DNA of 63,737 nt, counting the filler, from Globobulimina sp. (Eukaryota), in the NCBI GenBank assembly GCA_003354225.1. It is 16 parts of 16 records of this genome, joined end to end, with 100 filler letters (N's around TTAATTAATTAA, not from the genome) between each part and the next. Parts side by side here need not be neighbours in the genome. Positions count along the whole stretch, not along the records: positions 31,946 to 35,833 come from PIVH01001926.1; positions 35,934 to 39,821 come from PIVH01001927.1; positions 39,922 to 43,809 come from PIVH01001928.1; 13 more parts are not named here. The stretch is one strand, 5' to 3'. The first letter of the stretch is position 1, and each line of letters starts with the position of its first letter. Shown piece after piece: positions 32,025 to 43,909 of this stretch. Under the pieces are notes generated by a model. The model saw only the letters and a program-made list of their open reading frames with translations, ran no database searches and was not told where the DNA came from. A program made the position numbers and the translations under genes.

Positions 32025-34468
32025 TCACATACATTTATTGCCGATTTTTGATTGAAGGAAAGCAGCCCATGTTTCATGTATTTTATTTGTTAATGCCGTT
32101 TGCTCGGTCAATATATTAAATAATTCTTTATCATCCATCTTGTCATTCTTATGAGATAATAATGATACCATCGCAGTAATGGTGCTCGCTAATTGCACCG
32201 CTTGTATTTGCGCAGATAATCTTGCACGAATTAACTGTTGTTTTTCAACACATTTTGAGGATTCTAACATTTTTAATGTGAATGGGCCAACACAATCAAA
32301 TGATGGCGATATTGGTTGTACAGCAGATTGGCCGCAATAATGTTCGATTAACGTCATAAGAATTGGCGAGTTAATTATTCCCGGTGCTAAGACATCATTA
32401 TTTAAATATCTTTTAAATAAAACATATGCTGTGGGTTCATAAAATCGCATAATATAAGTTAGAATTGAATCAGTTATAAATATTTACGATATTCCTTACA
32501 ACAAATACATTGTAACAGCAATTCAAATAAATAACAGATTAATTGCACATTCCATTGAGTATTAATGGTTACATTTCTGTCATCGAGCTCCATAAAAGCA
32601 TGGCAACAGCACGATATCACATGAAGCCAACAAATTTTATGTATTCCTTTAATTTCATCATTTACGCAGTAGAATACTTTAATAATTGTTGCTGTCAAAT
32701 TAAATATATCCACACTCAAATTTAATAAAATTAATCGATTTGCTACAAACTGGAAATACCAATGATATTTATCATATTTTTTAATATAAGCTTTGCAATC
32801 CGGAATCAATAAAATTGTAAACAAATCATCGAATAAAGCGTACAAATCCCGCTCTTCAGACTTATATCCAATTATCTTTTCAATTGCTCCCAGCACGGCG
32901 CGATTATCCTTTTGCTCATCAATAAACTCAATCTCTTCCATCACGGTTCGATTATTTTGCCCAAATACTATCGTAACCCCTTCCACCTGATAAATAAACC
33001 TCTTTTTGTACCCATTCCCTGTCTCTCTCCCGGGGACTCTCATTGTTTTTACTTTTTCAGCAAGTTTTCTCGTTTGAGCATAGTTTTTAATATTTCGCAC
33101 AATTGTGATTGCTTTGCCGCTTTCATTGTATCCAATATCGCCCGGCGTTGTGCCTTCTAAATTAATGAGTAATGTGTATGGTGCCAAATACATTTCTAAT
33201 CTATTTTTCTTTGGCCGTTCTTTTATCTCTTGGCCACTTTGCAAAATCTCCACAATACACTCTACAAACTCACTCCTCTTCATTTTGTTCAAATGGCCGC
33301 ATCGCATTCTTATAAAATCCCATTGTTGTTTAATTTTCTCTCTCTGTTGCTTTTGCAATTTTTCCTCGCTTTGTATAATATCGTTACATCCATCACTTAA
33401 ATGAGTAAGCCGTGCACGTGCGAACACTAACTGTTTTTCGTCAAAATCTAACTGTTTTTCATCAAAATTAGCAATAAAATTAATGGATATATCATAAATA
33501 CAGCCTTTTGGGCCAAAATGTCGCCCATAAATATTATCCCCAATATGAAAATTATCATTTTTCTTTTTGGGATTAAATATTTTTTTATTATGTGCAAGTA
33601 ATGGAATTTTTAAGCGCACGAATACTGTGTAATTGCAACTATCATTACAATCAAAGCCAATGCAAAACTGCGCGCATAACACAATAATATCATACTGTAC
33701 AGACATGGCGACACAGCGAATAATGCCATACAACAATGTATCAATTTTATCATCACATTGAAATTTATATTGTTTGAAGCGAGAAACCGCTTTCTTTAAA
33801 CGGCCAAATACTGATTTTGTGTTTGCACTTCGTTCCATTGAAATAAATCGCATTTCATTGTCAGAAATTGCAATGAAAAATACTTCGTTTTTGCAATGAA
33901 AAATACACTGTGCGGATTCTAAAAAACTGTCTGAAAACAGACGAGAATTAATTAATTGTTGTTTTGTTATTTCATCAATTTTATTTAATAGGAATATGTT
34001 TTTATTCATAATATTCCTCTCTAACTCCATGCGTTTTTGTTGCGTAATTTGTAGAGTGGTAAATGCGACGGCACACAAAACGCACTGTCCGTCAGATTTA
34101 TTATTAATGTTTCTTCCAACTCGCGATCGCGTACAATGTTTAACTTTGATTTTATATTCCAATGTTTTCATTATGTCCCAAATAAATAATAGATACTCAC
34201 GTGATTTTTTTGATTGTAAGTTTAATATCAATTTCCAGTCAGCGTCTTCAGTATATTCCATAATCATTTTCATTTCAGACAATTTTAATTGAACGTTTGC
34301 ATATAATTCGGCATTACCAACTTCTGTGTCTGGTGGGGTAGGTCTACCATTTAAATGTGGTGTGGTATATGGGATGAGCGTCCGTTCATTATTTGCTTCA
34401 GTGTGTAGACTTAAATGATGCAATGGATAATCAGGCTGCCTGTATGTTGACATTGTTAGTAAGAGCAA
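32025..34468 (-). CDS. Hypothetical protein, probably one gene split by a frameshift near 32475
   Basis: ORFs 32474-34468 and 32025-32450 are 23 nt apart. Adding one T gives a continuous KYFITDSILTYIMRFYE. Contains an FDEKQL duplication. Confidence 0.5.
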
Positions 34469-34579
34469 TATTATTCAAAGTGACTACAAGTTGTCATTAT
34501 ATATTAGGTTACAAATAATGACTCATTCAGATGCAAACGCTTGCTGTGGATCAACATACATCAACATATGCTGGTAATT

Positions 34580-35090
34580 CTATCCGATCTTTATATTCAA
34601 TGCAATTGACGGCCAATCATAAACCATATCGTAAACTGTGTATTTATTGTTTGGATAATATGTTTTGTTCATGAGACCAGTTGGATTATTTGGAATTGTT
34701 ACAAATTCGATCAAATCCACATTATTAGATTGAGAATACGATGCATTCCATGCACTTAACGACGGATTAAATTGTGCATAATCTTTATATTGGCTGTAAT
34801 ACGGAGTTTGGGCAAAAACGGTTAAAACTTTATTCTCCATTTTATGAAAGGCGTAAATTATTGCATTGATTAATTGCGTGGCACCGTTGCCGATTACTAT
34901 AAATTTATTATCTGTCTTGACATTGCCAATCAATTTATGGATATTTAAAATGGAATCACGCAAATAATAGTTAATTCCGTTATGTTTTGGGATTGGGATA
35001 TGCGGAGGGAATAATATTATTGAATTGAGTTGATATCCAGTTCGATAATACGCATCAATCACCGTATTTGTATGTGCTTGTTTTGATGGT
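34580..35090 (-). CDS. Alliinase / tryptophan aminotransferase (TAA1/TAR)-like PLP enzyme, internal fragment
   Basis: ILNIHKLIGN...IVIGNGATQLINA...TPYYSQY...IEFVTIPNNPTG...VYDMVYDWP match the Alliinase_C family. The PLP-lysine motif is missing. Confidence 0.8.
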
Positions 35091-35232
35091 GAACGGTTTT
35101 CTCATCACATGTTCGCATCGGACTAACCGTCAAACTTGGTTGGGCGACAGGCATTTCGAGGACCCGTAGCCAGTGGCAGCCGTGGACTGTGAACAAGCAC
35201 GCGGTGAGCTCCCCCAGTGAGGAAAAATACCT

Positions 35233-35816
35233 TTAATCGCCGCCTCGTGAAGAGGTTTCAGAAGCCACTCCGTCCGTCACTCGCATCCCGCAGTGTTGGA
35301 AGCAAAAAGGGCACTTGATGTGTGGGACGGTGAGGAAAGCCTCGGGACACCGCCTCTCCATTGGGCAGTGCTTGTGCACACGTAGAGTTTTCCGCTGTCG
35401 CATTCTCCTGCCCATGAGATTCTCGTTGTCCTTGACCTTGTGTAGATCTTGCGAATCTGGCACGAAGTTCTTCTGATCGGGGTGATGGTATTGTTGCAGG
35501 GCTGCGTTCTCTTTCGTGCGATCGAAGTCCGCCTTGCTGTCCACGTTTTGCAGGTTGATGACTCGAAGTTCTTTCACCTGCAGTTTTCAAGCGGTTAGAA
35601 TAGAGGCTGCGGTCTGCTAGGGGCTCTGCCCCTGCAGCTTCGGTTCGATCCCGAACGGTCTCCAAGGTGCGCCTCCACCCTCTTGTCTAGTTTTGCACAG
35701 CAGGAGGAAAAAACTGGAAGTATCCTTGCATCTCGAAAGGCACGCGGCGGAACAGGTTTGCTCACCGAGATGCCGCTTGCTTTTGCAATTTTCCTTAAGG
35801 TGTCTCCTGCTTGGAC
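35233..35816 (-). CDS. LysM-domain protein with Cys/His-rich C-terminus from a GC-richer eukaryote; intron 35578-35765; 5'-partial
   Basis: Exon 35816-35766 (VQAGDTLRKIAKASGIS) splices via GTGAGC...CTAAC...TGCAG to VKELRVINL, reconstituting a LysM motif. HKHC...C...HIKCPFCFQHC follows. Confidence 0.75.
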
Positions 35817-35958
35817 CTAGTAGGTATCAAGGANNNNNNNNNNNNNNNNNNNNNNNNNNNNNNNNNNNNNNNNNNNNTTAATTAATTAANNNNNNNNNNN
35901 NNNNNNNNNNNNNNNNNNNNNNNNNNNNNNNNNGGTAATATAATCCAGGCTCATTTAT

Positions 35959-36582
35959 ATGAAAAATATAAAGTATGGAAACAGTGGTTTAAGTTTCATA
36001 TCAACCGGCATTGCATCATTAATTGTTGGCATTGCATCTAAAAAGGTAAAAAGACGAAAAATATTTGTAATTCTGGGTGGTTTGTTGTTTACTTCTTTTG
36101 TGATATTTATATATGTCGATGCTGATAATTTAGCGTTGGGAGTGGTGATTTTATTGACTGTGTTGACTGGCATCGCGTTTTCATGCTTTTCACCATTAAT
36201 ATTTACAATTTGTAGAGAGTATAATTGGTATTATGGCAATGCAGAGACAGCGACGGGGTTTGTAAATGCTATCATGGCTACTTCTGGATTTTTTGCGCAG
36301 TATACAATTGGAGTACTGTTAGATTTACATTATGAAAGGAGAGGAAATGCTGATTTGGATGATGAGAGCAATAGGAATTATACTGTTGGTGACTATAATT
36401 TTGCATTTATTATTGTTCCGATATGTGTAGGGATTGCAATGCTGAGTGCAGTATGTTTGAAAGAAACGTATGGTATTAATGTTGATTATAATGACAGCAA
36501 AACAGAAACGCAAAGCCAATTGCAACAGTATGAAAAAACAATGGATAATGCAGAGTTAACCAATTTAAATCCCACTGAGTAA
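35959..36582 (+). CDS. MFS transporter C-terminal half, 5'-partial
   Basis: IASKKVKRRK loop, ETATGFVNAI, CLKET motifs; about five TM segments. Confidence 0.8.
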   Translation: MKNIKYGNSGLSFISTGIASLIVGIASKKVKRRKIFVILGGLLFTSFVIFIYVDADNLALGVVILLTVLTGIAFSCFSPLIFTICREYNWYYGNAETATGFVNAIMATSGFFAQYTIGVLLDLHYERRGNADLDDESNRNYTVGDYNFAFIIVPICVGIAMLSAVCLKETYGINVDYNDSKTETQSQLQQYEKTMDNAELTNLNPTE

Positions 36583-36688
36583 TTAGTCTGCAAATACGTT
36601 AGCAAAATTACATTTCAGTTTTAGTATACATTCCTGTGAACAGATCAACAATTAAAAAAATGTTAGTAGCATTCGACTTACTCTGACC

Positions 36689-37585
36689 ATGGGTAACAAA
36701 GCGTTTTCTAAATGTCAAGAATGTGAAACTTACAACAAATATATCACATCCTGTACAAAACCAGCAACTGCTGAGGATCAAAAATTGCAATTGATTGAAT
36801 CATTAGAACATTATGACTTACATTATTTAGCAGATTTAATAGTTGCCTTTTTACCGGACATATCATATGGCATTGTTCCAATCACACCAAATGATACAGA
36901 CATCAATAAATACGTATCCTTATTCCATCCTCATGTCGCCTCAGTCGATGCAAAAAAGAAAAACTATCCATCATGGAAAGAATATTTAAAAAATGCAAAC
37001 GGCAGGGGACGAAATATCAGATGTGTGCTATTTGGGAATGAAATGATTGGCAAAACCGCATTAATCCGATATTTCAAGACGCGAGATTTTGTAAAAGAGT
37101 ATGTTGAAACCATAGAAGGCGATCACCAGATACCGTTGTGGATGAATAAAAATATGAAAACGTGTCTGAATATACATGACACCGCAGGCATTGTAGAATT
37201 CCATGATGAATATGAGAAGAGATTGAATATTGAACAGAATAATTTCTATTTATGTTGTTTTGCCATAAATGATAAAAAGAGTTATGATGATACAATGGAT
37301 ACAATTGATACAATCAAAAGAAGCAAACTGGAGAAAGATAGTAACAGTGAATATGGCATGGTTTTAGTTGCATTAAAATGTGATTTGAGAAGTGATAGAG
37401 ATGGTGATATTAAGGACATTATTGATAGAGATGGTGTTATTGACACTTGCAAACGAATGAATATACCATATATTGAGACCAGTGCGAAATATGGAATCAA
37501 TGTTCATGTTCTATTTTATCAAATTGTATATGAAATGTGGATACAACGTTTCATCAATTCCATGACACTTAATTCGCACTTGTAA
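36689..37585 (+). CDS. Atypical Ras-family small GTPase with N-terminal extension
   Basis: GNEMIGKT (G1), YVETIEGD (G2), DTAG (G3), LKCD (G4), ETSAK (G5). MG start, no CAAX. Confidence 0.87.
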   Translation: MGNKAFSKCQECETYNKYITSCTKPATAEDQKLQLIESLEHYDLHYLADLIVAFLPDISYGIVPITPNDTDINKYVSLFHPHVASVDAKKKNYPSWKEYLKNANGRGRNIRCVLFGNEMIGKTALIRYFKTRDFVKEYVETIEGDHQIPLWMNKNMKTCLNIHDTAGIVEFHDEYEKRLNIEQNNFYLCCFAINDKKSYDDTMDTIDTIKRSKLEKDSNSEYGMVLVALKCDLRSDRDGDIKDIIDRDGVIDTCKRMNIPYIETSAKYGINVHVLFYQIVYEMWIQRFINSMTLNSHL

Positions 37586-37649
37586 AAACGTAAGGAGTTA
37601 ACGTAAGGAATTTGTACATGTTACATTGCAAAAAAGGTTTTATTATTTC

Positions 37650-39558
37650 TCAATACAACAATGCAGATGCAGACGTTTGTTTGTTTATCCATGACATTTT
37701 GACACCCATTTGGTCCTCATCTCTGTTTGCGAATATTAGCGTTTCCCCATCTGATAAATTAGTCTCATTATCCGAATCACTTTCCGTTATTGTTTGATTC
37801 TGTGAAAAATTCATTTCATTATTTCCATCCGCTTCATATGCTAAACTCCATCCATTTGGATCATCCTTCTCCTCCATATATAAGGTTTGTCGATTAATAT
37901 TCCGTTTCCGGCATTTACAAATGCGCTTAAACGACAAATAAAAGGCAACTACAAAACATGCGAATGCTGCAGCGGGGCCAAAATACACTGCGAGCTGCGT
38001 AGAAACATCCAGCAAATCCAACATCTGTCTATATTGATACAGCAATGCAGCGGGAGGAATCCCTTTTACTTTCACATAAAATTGAGGCACAATCAATGTC
38101 GCAATATTTTGAAAGTTGGGGCATTCCAACTGTGGCCGCGAAGAGGCACAGCGATATATTGCAACAGATATTTGCGCTGCGAGCTGCGATGTAAACGTGG
38201 TGCCCAAATCCGTATCAACTGCAAAAAATGTGTCATCCATAGTTCTGTTGGGCATTCGCAAACCCATTTTCCTATTCAAATTATCTCTGTAATATGGAGC
38301 ATCTAAAAAGTATGGTTTTGAGTTGAATTGCAACGCATTATGACCATTTGTTGTGGTTAGATTCAATAAACCATCGTATAAATTCAATTGTATTCGCCCG
38401 TTATATGAATGTTGATAATACTTCCAATTGGTGGATGAAGCATTTTTCGCTGCCTTATATTCTATGCAATGTGCACATATGGTCAAATGCTGCACATTTA
38501 GTGATAAAAAAATATATAAACAACATACCTTTGGGATCAATAATATATTTAACAACATTTACTCCGCCAACAGTTATGGTCCCATTCCGAATGAATTGAA
38601 CTGAGCGATACTTGTCCATCAGCCATACATTGTGTATTGTTTGCATAGACCTCAAGCTTTTATATGGCCATTGTTTGGGCTCTCTGCAACCCGCAATATC
38701 GACGGGGCCGTCCCACAATGATGACTTTGTTTCGTTGATCTCTCCAAAATATATTAATTGACGCATTTTATTTTTATCGCCTTTGCCCGTATACTCTGAT
38801 ACATAGACAGTGGAATTGTCAATGTATGCTTTAGTTTCATTGAGCATAGCAATGTTAGAGTGCAGTCCTTGTTGCAGTATGATTTGAAATGTTGGATTTA
38901 AGTTGGCGGTGAATAACGAAAATGAAAATCCGTCCGTTGCAGTACGTATTAATTGACAGCAACTCAGAGAAATCCTGTTGTAGCTGCACTGTTTGCCTTC
39001 TCTGCACAAAGCCAGTATGGCCAAACCAAATGGATTGAGCATATTTATTGGAGGGTACGGCGTAATTGTATTGTTATGGTATGTATTCCAGGTGCTATGG
39101 TTCCATAATTGTAACACCTGTGGATCCATTAACGATTCATTTAATATGTATTGATATTCATACTTATAAGTTACAATTTCGTTATGATTGTGGTCATGCT
39201 TAAAAATGACATCTCTGCGTAATTCATAACGATTGAAGATGAATGGTCCAATTTCTGTTAGTTTTGGGTATGCACCATCGAGCACATCATCCGGGTTTGT
39301 AGTGTTGAATAAGTAATAATAAAATAATTGTATACCACAGGTATCATCACATGTGTTTTCTTTCCACGTATCATAACTTTCAGAACTATTGGATGCTATG
39401 ATTAAGCGTTCAGCGCAGGCTCTGTCAAATGCTGATCTTAATGCATGCGGAACAACAAAGAATTGAAACAATAGACCAACAGCAGCAATATATAATGCAA
39501 TCTCAATGAATAATATGAACCGGTATTGGCATTTTGGAGTGTATGTGTGCTTCCTCAT
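37650..39558 (-). CDS. CD36/scavenger receptor class B (LIMP-2-like); intron 38462-38528
   Basis: YYLFNTTNPDDVLDGAYPKLTEIGPFIF; N- and C-terminal TM segments. A 67-nt GTATGT...TAG intron joins the two ORFs (DPKE/YKAAK). Confidence 0.88.
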
Positions 39559-39607
39559 GGATATGGAAAACGAGAACAATTAATTCACTGAAGAAAGTTT
39601 TTCGACA

Positions 39608-39821
39608 ATGGTGGATACAGCGTGTAGAGGCGATGTATTATTAATGAAAAATGGAGATCTTGGAGTTGTGCGTAATATGTATCAGAGCAAAAAGTACAAC
39701 ACATATGTTGTCGAAATAAAGGGAAAACCACAAAAAATAATTGGAGAAACACAACAAAACAATCATAAAAATGCAGTGAATGGAAACCATTGCATTCGAA
39801 TCAAATTAAACAAAAAAAGTC
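39608..39821 (+). CDS. Hypothetical protein, possibly degenerate CAP-Gly, 3'-partial
   Basis: GDVLLMKNGDLGVVR start; runs off the contig. Confidence 0.4.
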
Positions 39822-40184
39822 NNNNNNNNNNNNNNNNNNNNNNNNNNNNNNNNNNNNNNNNNNNNTTAATTAATTAANNNNNNNNNNNNNNNNNNNNNNN
39901 NNNNNNNNNNNNNNNNNNNNNTGATAAAAACTGATAATTACCGAAGTTTGATTGATTGTACCTTTTGTTATTGTTCGTAGAATAATTATTTGTTTCTGTG
40001 AGCTGTTCTTTTTGCTTTTTTGAGCCTATGTATCAGGGACAAATGACACATACTGTTATCAACAATATTCCATAGTATTGCATAATAAATAAATCTTTTT
40101 GTCCACACAGCATTAAAAAGACCGAACAGTGAATTGCTGTTATTTTAACTTTAGCCAACTTCAGTATAAAAACTTTCATTTGGA

Positions 40185-41696
40185 ATGTACGATACTACAG
40201 CTTCAGTTCGTAATATTTGTGGTATTATTGGCTTAACGTTACATTGGTTGATTTATCTGCCGTTAATGCTATATTATTTTAAGAAATTCTATGATTCACG
40301 AAATGAAATTGCGCTCCAAAAACGTCATGTGAACCTATGTTATATTACATTTATAATCTTATTTATTTCTATCATGATCGATCGTACGTGTTGGTGGCTA
40401 TTTATATCTCAATTATTTGAACCAGCCATATGGATTATGTTAGTGACATATCCCCCAATAACACTTGGCATTCATTACTGTATGTTATTCAGATTTTGGA
40501 TGGTTAGATATGATTTTGAATATTCTTTCATTTCTTCCAACTTCCAATGGCAAAAGTTAATTAACTCTCAATTTGTCACTGATTATCAATTGAAAACAAA
40601 TTGGTGGTTACTTAATCGTAATACGTATGGCAACGATTTATGGCTCGCGAAACGTTTCTTTGTTCCATTTATTTGTCTTGTAACCATTAGTTACATAAGG
40701 TGGGGCTTTGCATACATTGATTGGTACCATGAGCTTATTCCATCTTTGGTTGATTTGTTATTTATAATTATTCCGATGATTTGTTGCGCCATTTTATACT
40801 TTAAAACACCGATTATTGAGGACTCATTTTTTATTCGTTCGGAAATGAAATTAATATTTGCTGCTTATGGTTGTTTGTTATTAGCTTATTGTTTGTGGTG
40901 GATTTTGGTGGTAATATTAAGAATTCAGTGGTTCGAATTAATTGAAGCATATTCCATTGTCATTACACACTTTTCCATATTTATTATCATGTCAAAACAC
41001 GCCACTTCAGACTCAGACAGCAACACTAATAATAATAGTGATATAACTGTGAATTTACCGCAAATATTGTCCAATGAGCATACATTTTCAACATTTATGA
41101 ACCATGTAATGAGCGAATGGAGCATAGAGATTCTTATCAGGTATGTTTTCATAATAATATTATATGTATAATAAATTAAAAATTATTAAATAATTAATAG
41201 TTTTGTTGAATTAACTCAATTTTTACAATTTTTGGTTGACAAAAATAATGATTTAAAAAATAAATTTGAAAAATATAACGCGATCCGATTTCCATTAACC
41301 GTCCCAAAAACATCGTTGATCGCAGATAATGCATCAACTGCTGAGGCAAAACAGATTGGAGTTGAATTATATGAAAAATATCTTAATTCCAATTCAAATT
41401 TATGTATAAATATATCATATGATTTAAATATGAGAGTATGGAATTGCTTGAATAAACAAAATGCCAAACATGCTCCAGATAATATAAGCAATATAGAAAT
41501 TCATCAAATACAAAGTATAGAAAGAAATACAAGCGATGAACATGATGAATATGATGAAATTGTAGAGTTATTTGCTTTGTTTGATCAAGTTCGAACTGAA
41601 ATGTATGCATTGTTACGACATTCATTTTCAAGATTTAAGAAATCAAATGAATATTACAAAATCGTTCAATCCAAGGAAGAAATATGTAAATCCTAG
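40185..41696 (+). CDS. 7TM-RGS protein; intron 41141-41200
   Basis: About seven hydrophobic segments, then FMNHVMSEWSIEILIS/FVEL...LYEKYL...INISY...LLRHSFSRF (RGS). The 60-nt GT-AG intron keeps frame. Confidence 0.85.
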
Positions 41697-41747
41697 CAAT
41701 ATCTTTAAAAAACCGTACATTGATCGCATTTCCGCAATGTGTTTTCT

Positions 41748-41809
41748 TTATTATAATTTGTGACATGTATTTAAATTTTAAAAAGAGTTATTATAATTTG
41801 TGACATGTA
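41748..41809. repeat. 22-bp direct repeat, two copies 40 nt apart
   Basis: TTATTATAATTTGTGACATGTA at 41748-41769 and 41788-41809 between convergent genes. Confidence 0.8.
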
Positions 41810-41982
41810 AAGAGTAATTGGTGCTTTCCTTACGTAAGTGACATACAAATGTACAGTTTAACAATAACAGCCATATATTTAGAATGTTGACAATAAGAGA
41901 TGAACAGTCGAAGTAACTGACTGAGTTTTTGCGTGAATGAGTACATATTGCAATGTTGAAAGCAAGCTTATTAGAAACAGAG

Positions 41983-43809
41983 TTATATTGCGTTACTTTG
42001 CATTTGGGCAAACCTCCATAATCTTTTTAGCAAATATGTATCATTGACATCAAATCGATTTGTTTTATTTCTAACTCCATTGTTATAACACCGGATTAAT
42101 TCGACTATGTCACTTTCCTTCTTCACACTATTTATAATTGCCTCTCTTGTATATATTGCGTTATATGAAAATATGGGATTAAATTCTTTTATTTTGTGGT
42201 GAGCTAAATTCATCAGAAACAGTTTCTGTTCATTTTGTATATTATTGATTTTCTCCATCAAAACATTCAAATCATTGATTGAAGTAATCCCAATTTTATA
42301 TTTTAATTTATTTTGAAGATCATCCTCAAATAAAATAAATCGTATATCATTCATTTTATTCTTTTCAAATTGATCAAAATATCGATTAAATGACCCAGTC
42401 AAAATATTTATTTCTTCAAACCAGAATCTATCAAACTGTTCTTTAAACGGATTAGTATTACCATTAATATTCCCATTATCAACTACAAATCCGTTATTTG
42501 CCGCAGATTCATTGCTGTTTTGATTATTATTCCCTTGTTCCAAGAATGTATTTAAATCATTTTGTGCATTATCATGGTTTGGATCCAATGCTAAAACCTG
42601 TTTTAAGTGATATTCATATTGGTCAAACATGTTCATTTTATAAAATATTTTGCTGATTCCATAGTGATTATTTATCGAATCTGGCTTATATTTCAATGCG
42701 TTTTCAAATTCTATTCTAGATTTTTCATATTTATTTTGAGTGTATAAATATTGCCCAAAATAATAATGCAATAAACTAACATCAACATACTGACTGTCTG
42801 CGGATTGGATGGCTAATTTATAATATTTCTCAATTTCATTTATATCTCGATTTAATTTCTCCAAACACCTGGTATAACCTGTATATATTTGGCTTTTTTT
42901 GCCAGTAAAGTTATTGTTCTCCATTTCATTGATACATTGTTTAAAATATATCTCAGAGTCTAAATATCTCTCTTGTTTCAATAAAAAATACGCATATTCC
43001 ATTCTGTGCAAGTAATGTCTGCTGTGTTGTATTGCATTTTTATAATAAAATTCTGCATTCTTGCAATGTCCTAAAAAAGCCAAACATTTTGCATATCTCC
43101 GTTGCATTTCTGAATCTGTCGGAACCATATTCAATATTAGCGGTAGAATGTTGGCAACGGTCCAATCTCTCCCTTTTGGTGCTAATTTCCTTACAATTTT
43201 AAAGATTTTAGCAAAGTACAAAAAGTGTTGTTTATATGGCTGGTCTGTCCAATTCTTATTTATCCATTGTATTACGGGTAACTCCATCACCTCGTAATCA
43301 TTCCTCATGGCTCCAATCTCTTTTTTTATATTACGGTATATATTCCCATCTATATCTTTGATCGTTACGTTTTTCGATAATGTATTCAAATGTATTCCAT
43401 TCATATCATATTCATCCAAACTGTAAACGCCCACAATTTGCTCAATTTCTTTTAAATGTGCCATGGACAATGCATTCAATATTTTATTATCGTCAGAATA
43501 CACAAAATAAGAAATACAATCATTGCAAACCAAATTAATATTTTGCTCTTTATCATCAATATACAATACCTGCGTACATAAATTATTTATTTCTGTACAG
43601 CTGTCAGTTAAATAAAAAACAGCATTCAATATATCATTTTTACACTGCATAACATTTTGTTTATTAAAATATTTAACCAAACCAACACGGCCTAAAGCTT
43701 CAATCATGACATTTTCGTTAATATGCACGGATAATATGGCTAATTTGATATTATTTTTCGAGTTAAATAACTGTTGGAAATGTAAATGCAATCTATCGAT
43801 GCGATCGCC
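41983..43809 (-). CDS. TPR-repeat protein with HAD-like N-terminus and SAM-like C-terminus, 5'-partial
   Basis: LAILS...VLYIDDKEQNI (HAD-like); AEFYYKNAI, YYFGQYL...ALKYKPD, VLALDPNH (TPR). Confidence 0.7.
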   Translation of the reverse strand, partial: GDRIDRLHLHFQQLFNSKNNIKLAILSVHINENVMIEALGRVGLVKYFNKQNVMQCKNDILNAVFYLTDSCTEINNLCTQVLYIDDKEQNINLVCNDCISYFVYSDDNKILNALSMAHLKEIEQIVGVYSLDEYDMNGIHLNTLSKNVTIKDIDGNIYRNIKKEIGAMRNDYEVMELPVIQWINKNWTDQPYKQHFLYFAKIFKIVRKLAPKGRDWTVANILPLILNMVPTDSEMQRRYAKCLAFLGHCKNAEFYYKNAIQHSRHYLHRMEYAYFLLKQERYLDSEIYFKQCINEMENNNFTGKKSQIYTGYTRCLEKLNRDINEIEKYYKLAIQSADSQYVDVSLLHYYFGQYLYTQNKYEKSRIEFENALKYKPDSINNHYGISKIFYKMNMFDQYEYHLKQVLALDPNHDNAQNDLNTFLEQGNNNQNSNESAANNGFVVDNGNINGNTNPFKEQFDRFWFEEINILTGSFNRYFDQFEKNKMNDIRFILFEDDLQNKLKYKIGITSINDLNVLMEKINNIQNEQKLFLMNLAHHKIKEFNPIFSYNAIYTREAIINSVKKESDIVELIRCYNNGVRNKTNRFDVNDTYLLKRLWRFAQMQSNAI

Positions 43810-43909
43810 NNNNNNNNNNNNNNNNNNNNNNNNNNNNNNNNNNNNNNNNNNNNTTAATTAATTAANNNNNNNNNNNNNNNNNNNNNNNNNNNNNNNNNNN
43901 NNNNNNNNN

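Noticed and set aside
35090-35115. TGA read as Trp to extend the TAA1-like ORF (alternative genetic code)
   Set aside because: Trp is TGG within the ORF, TGA ends several host genes here, and a TAG lies a few codons further upstream; a chimeric junction is simpler.
35258-35665. 135-aa ORF
   Set aside because: Starts inside the inferred intron and overlaps the LysM gene in another frame.
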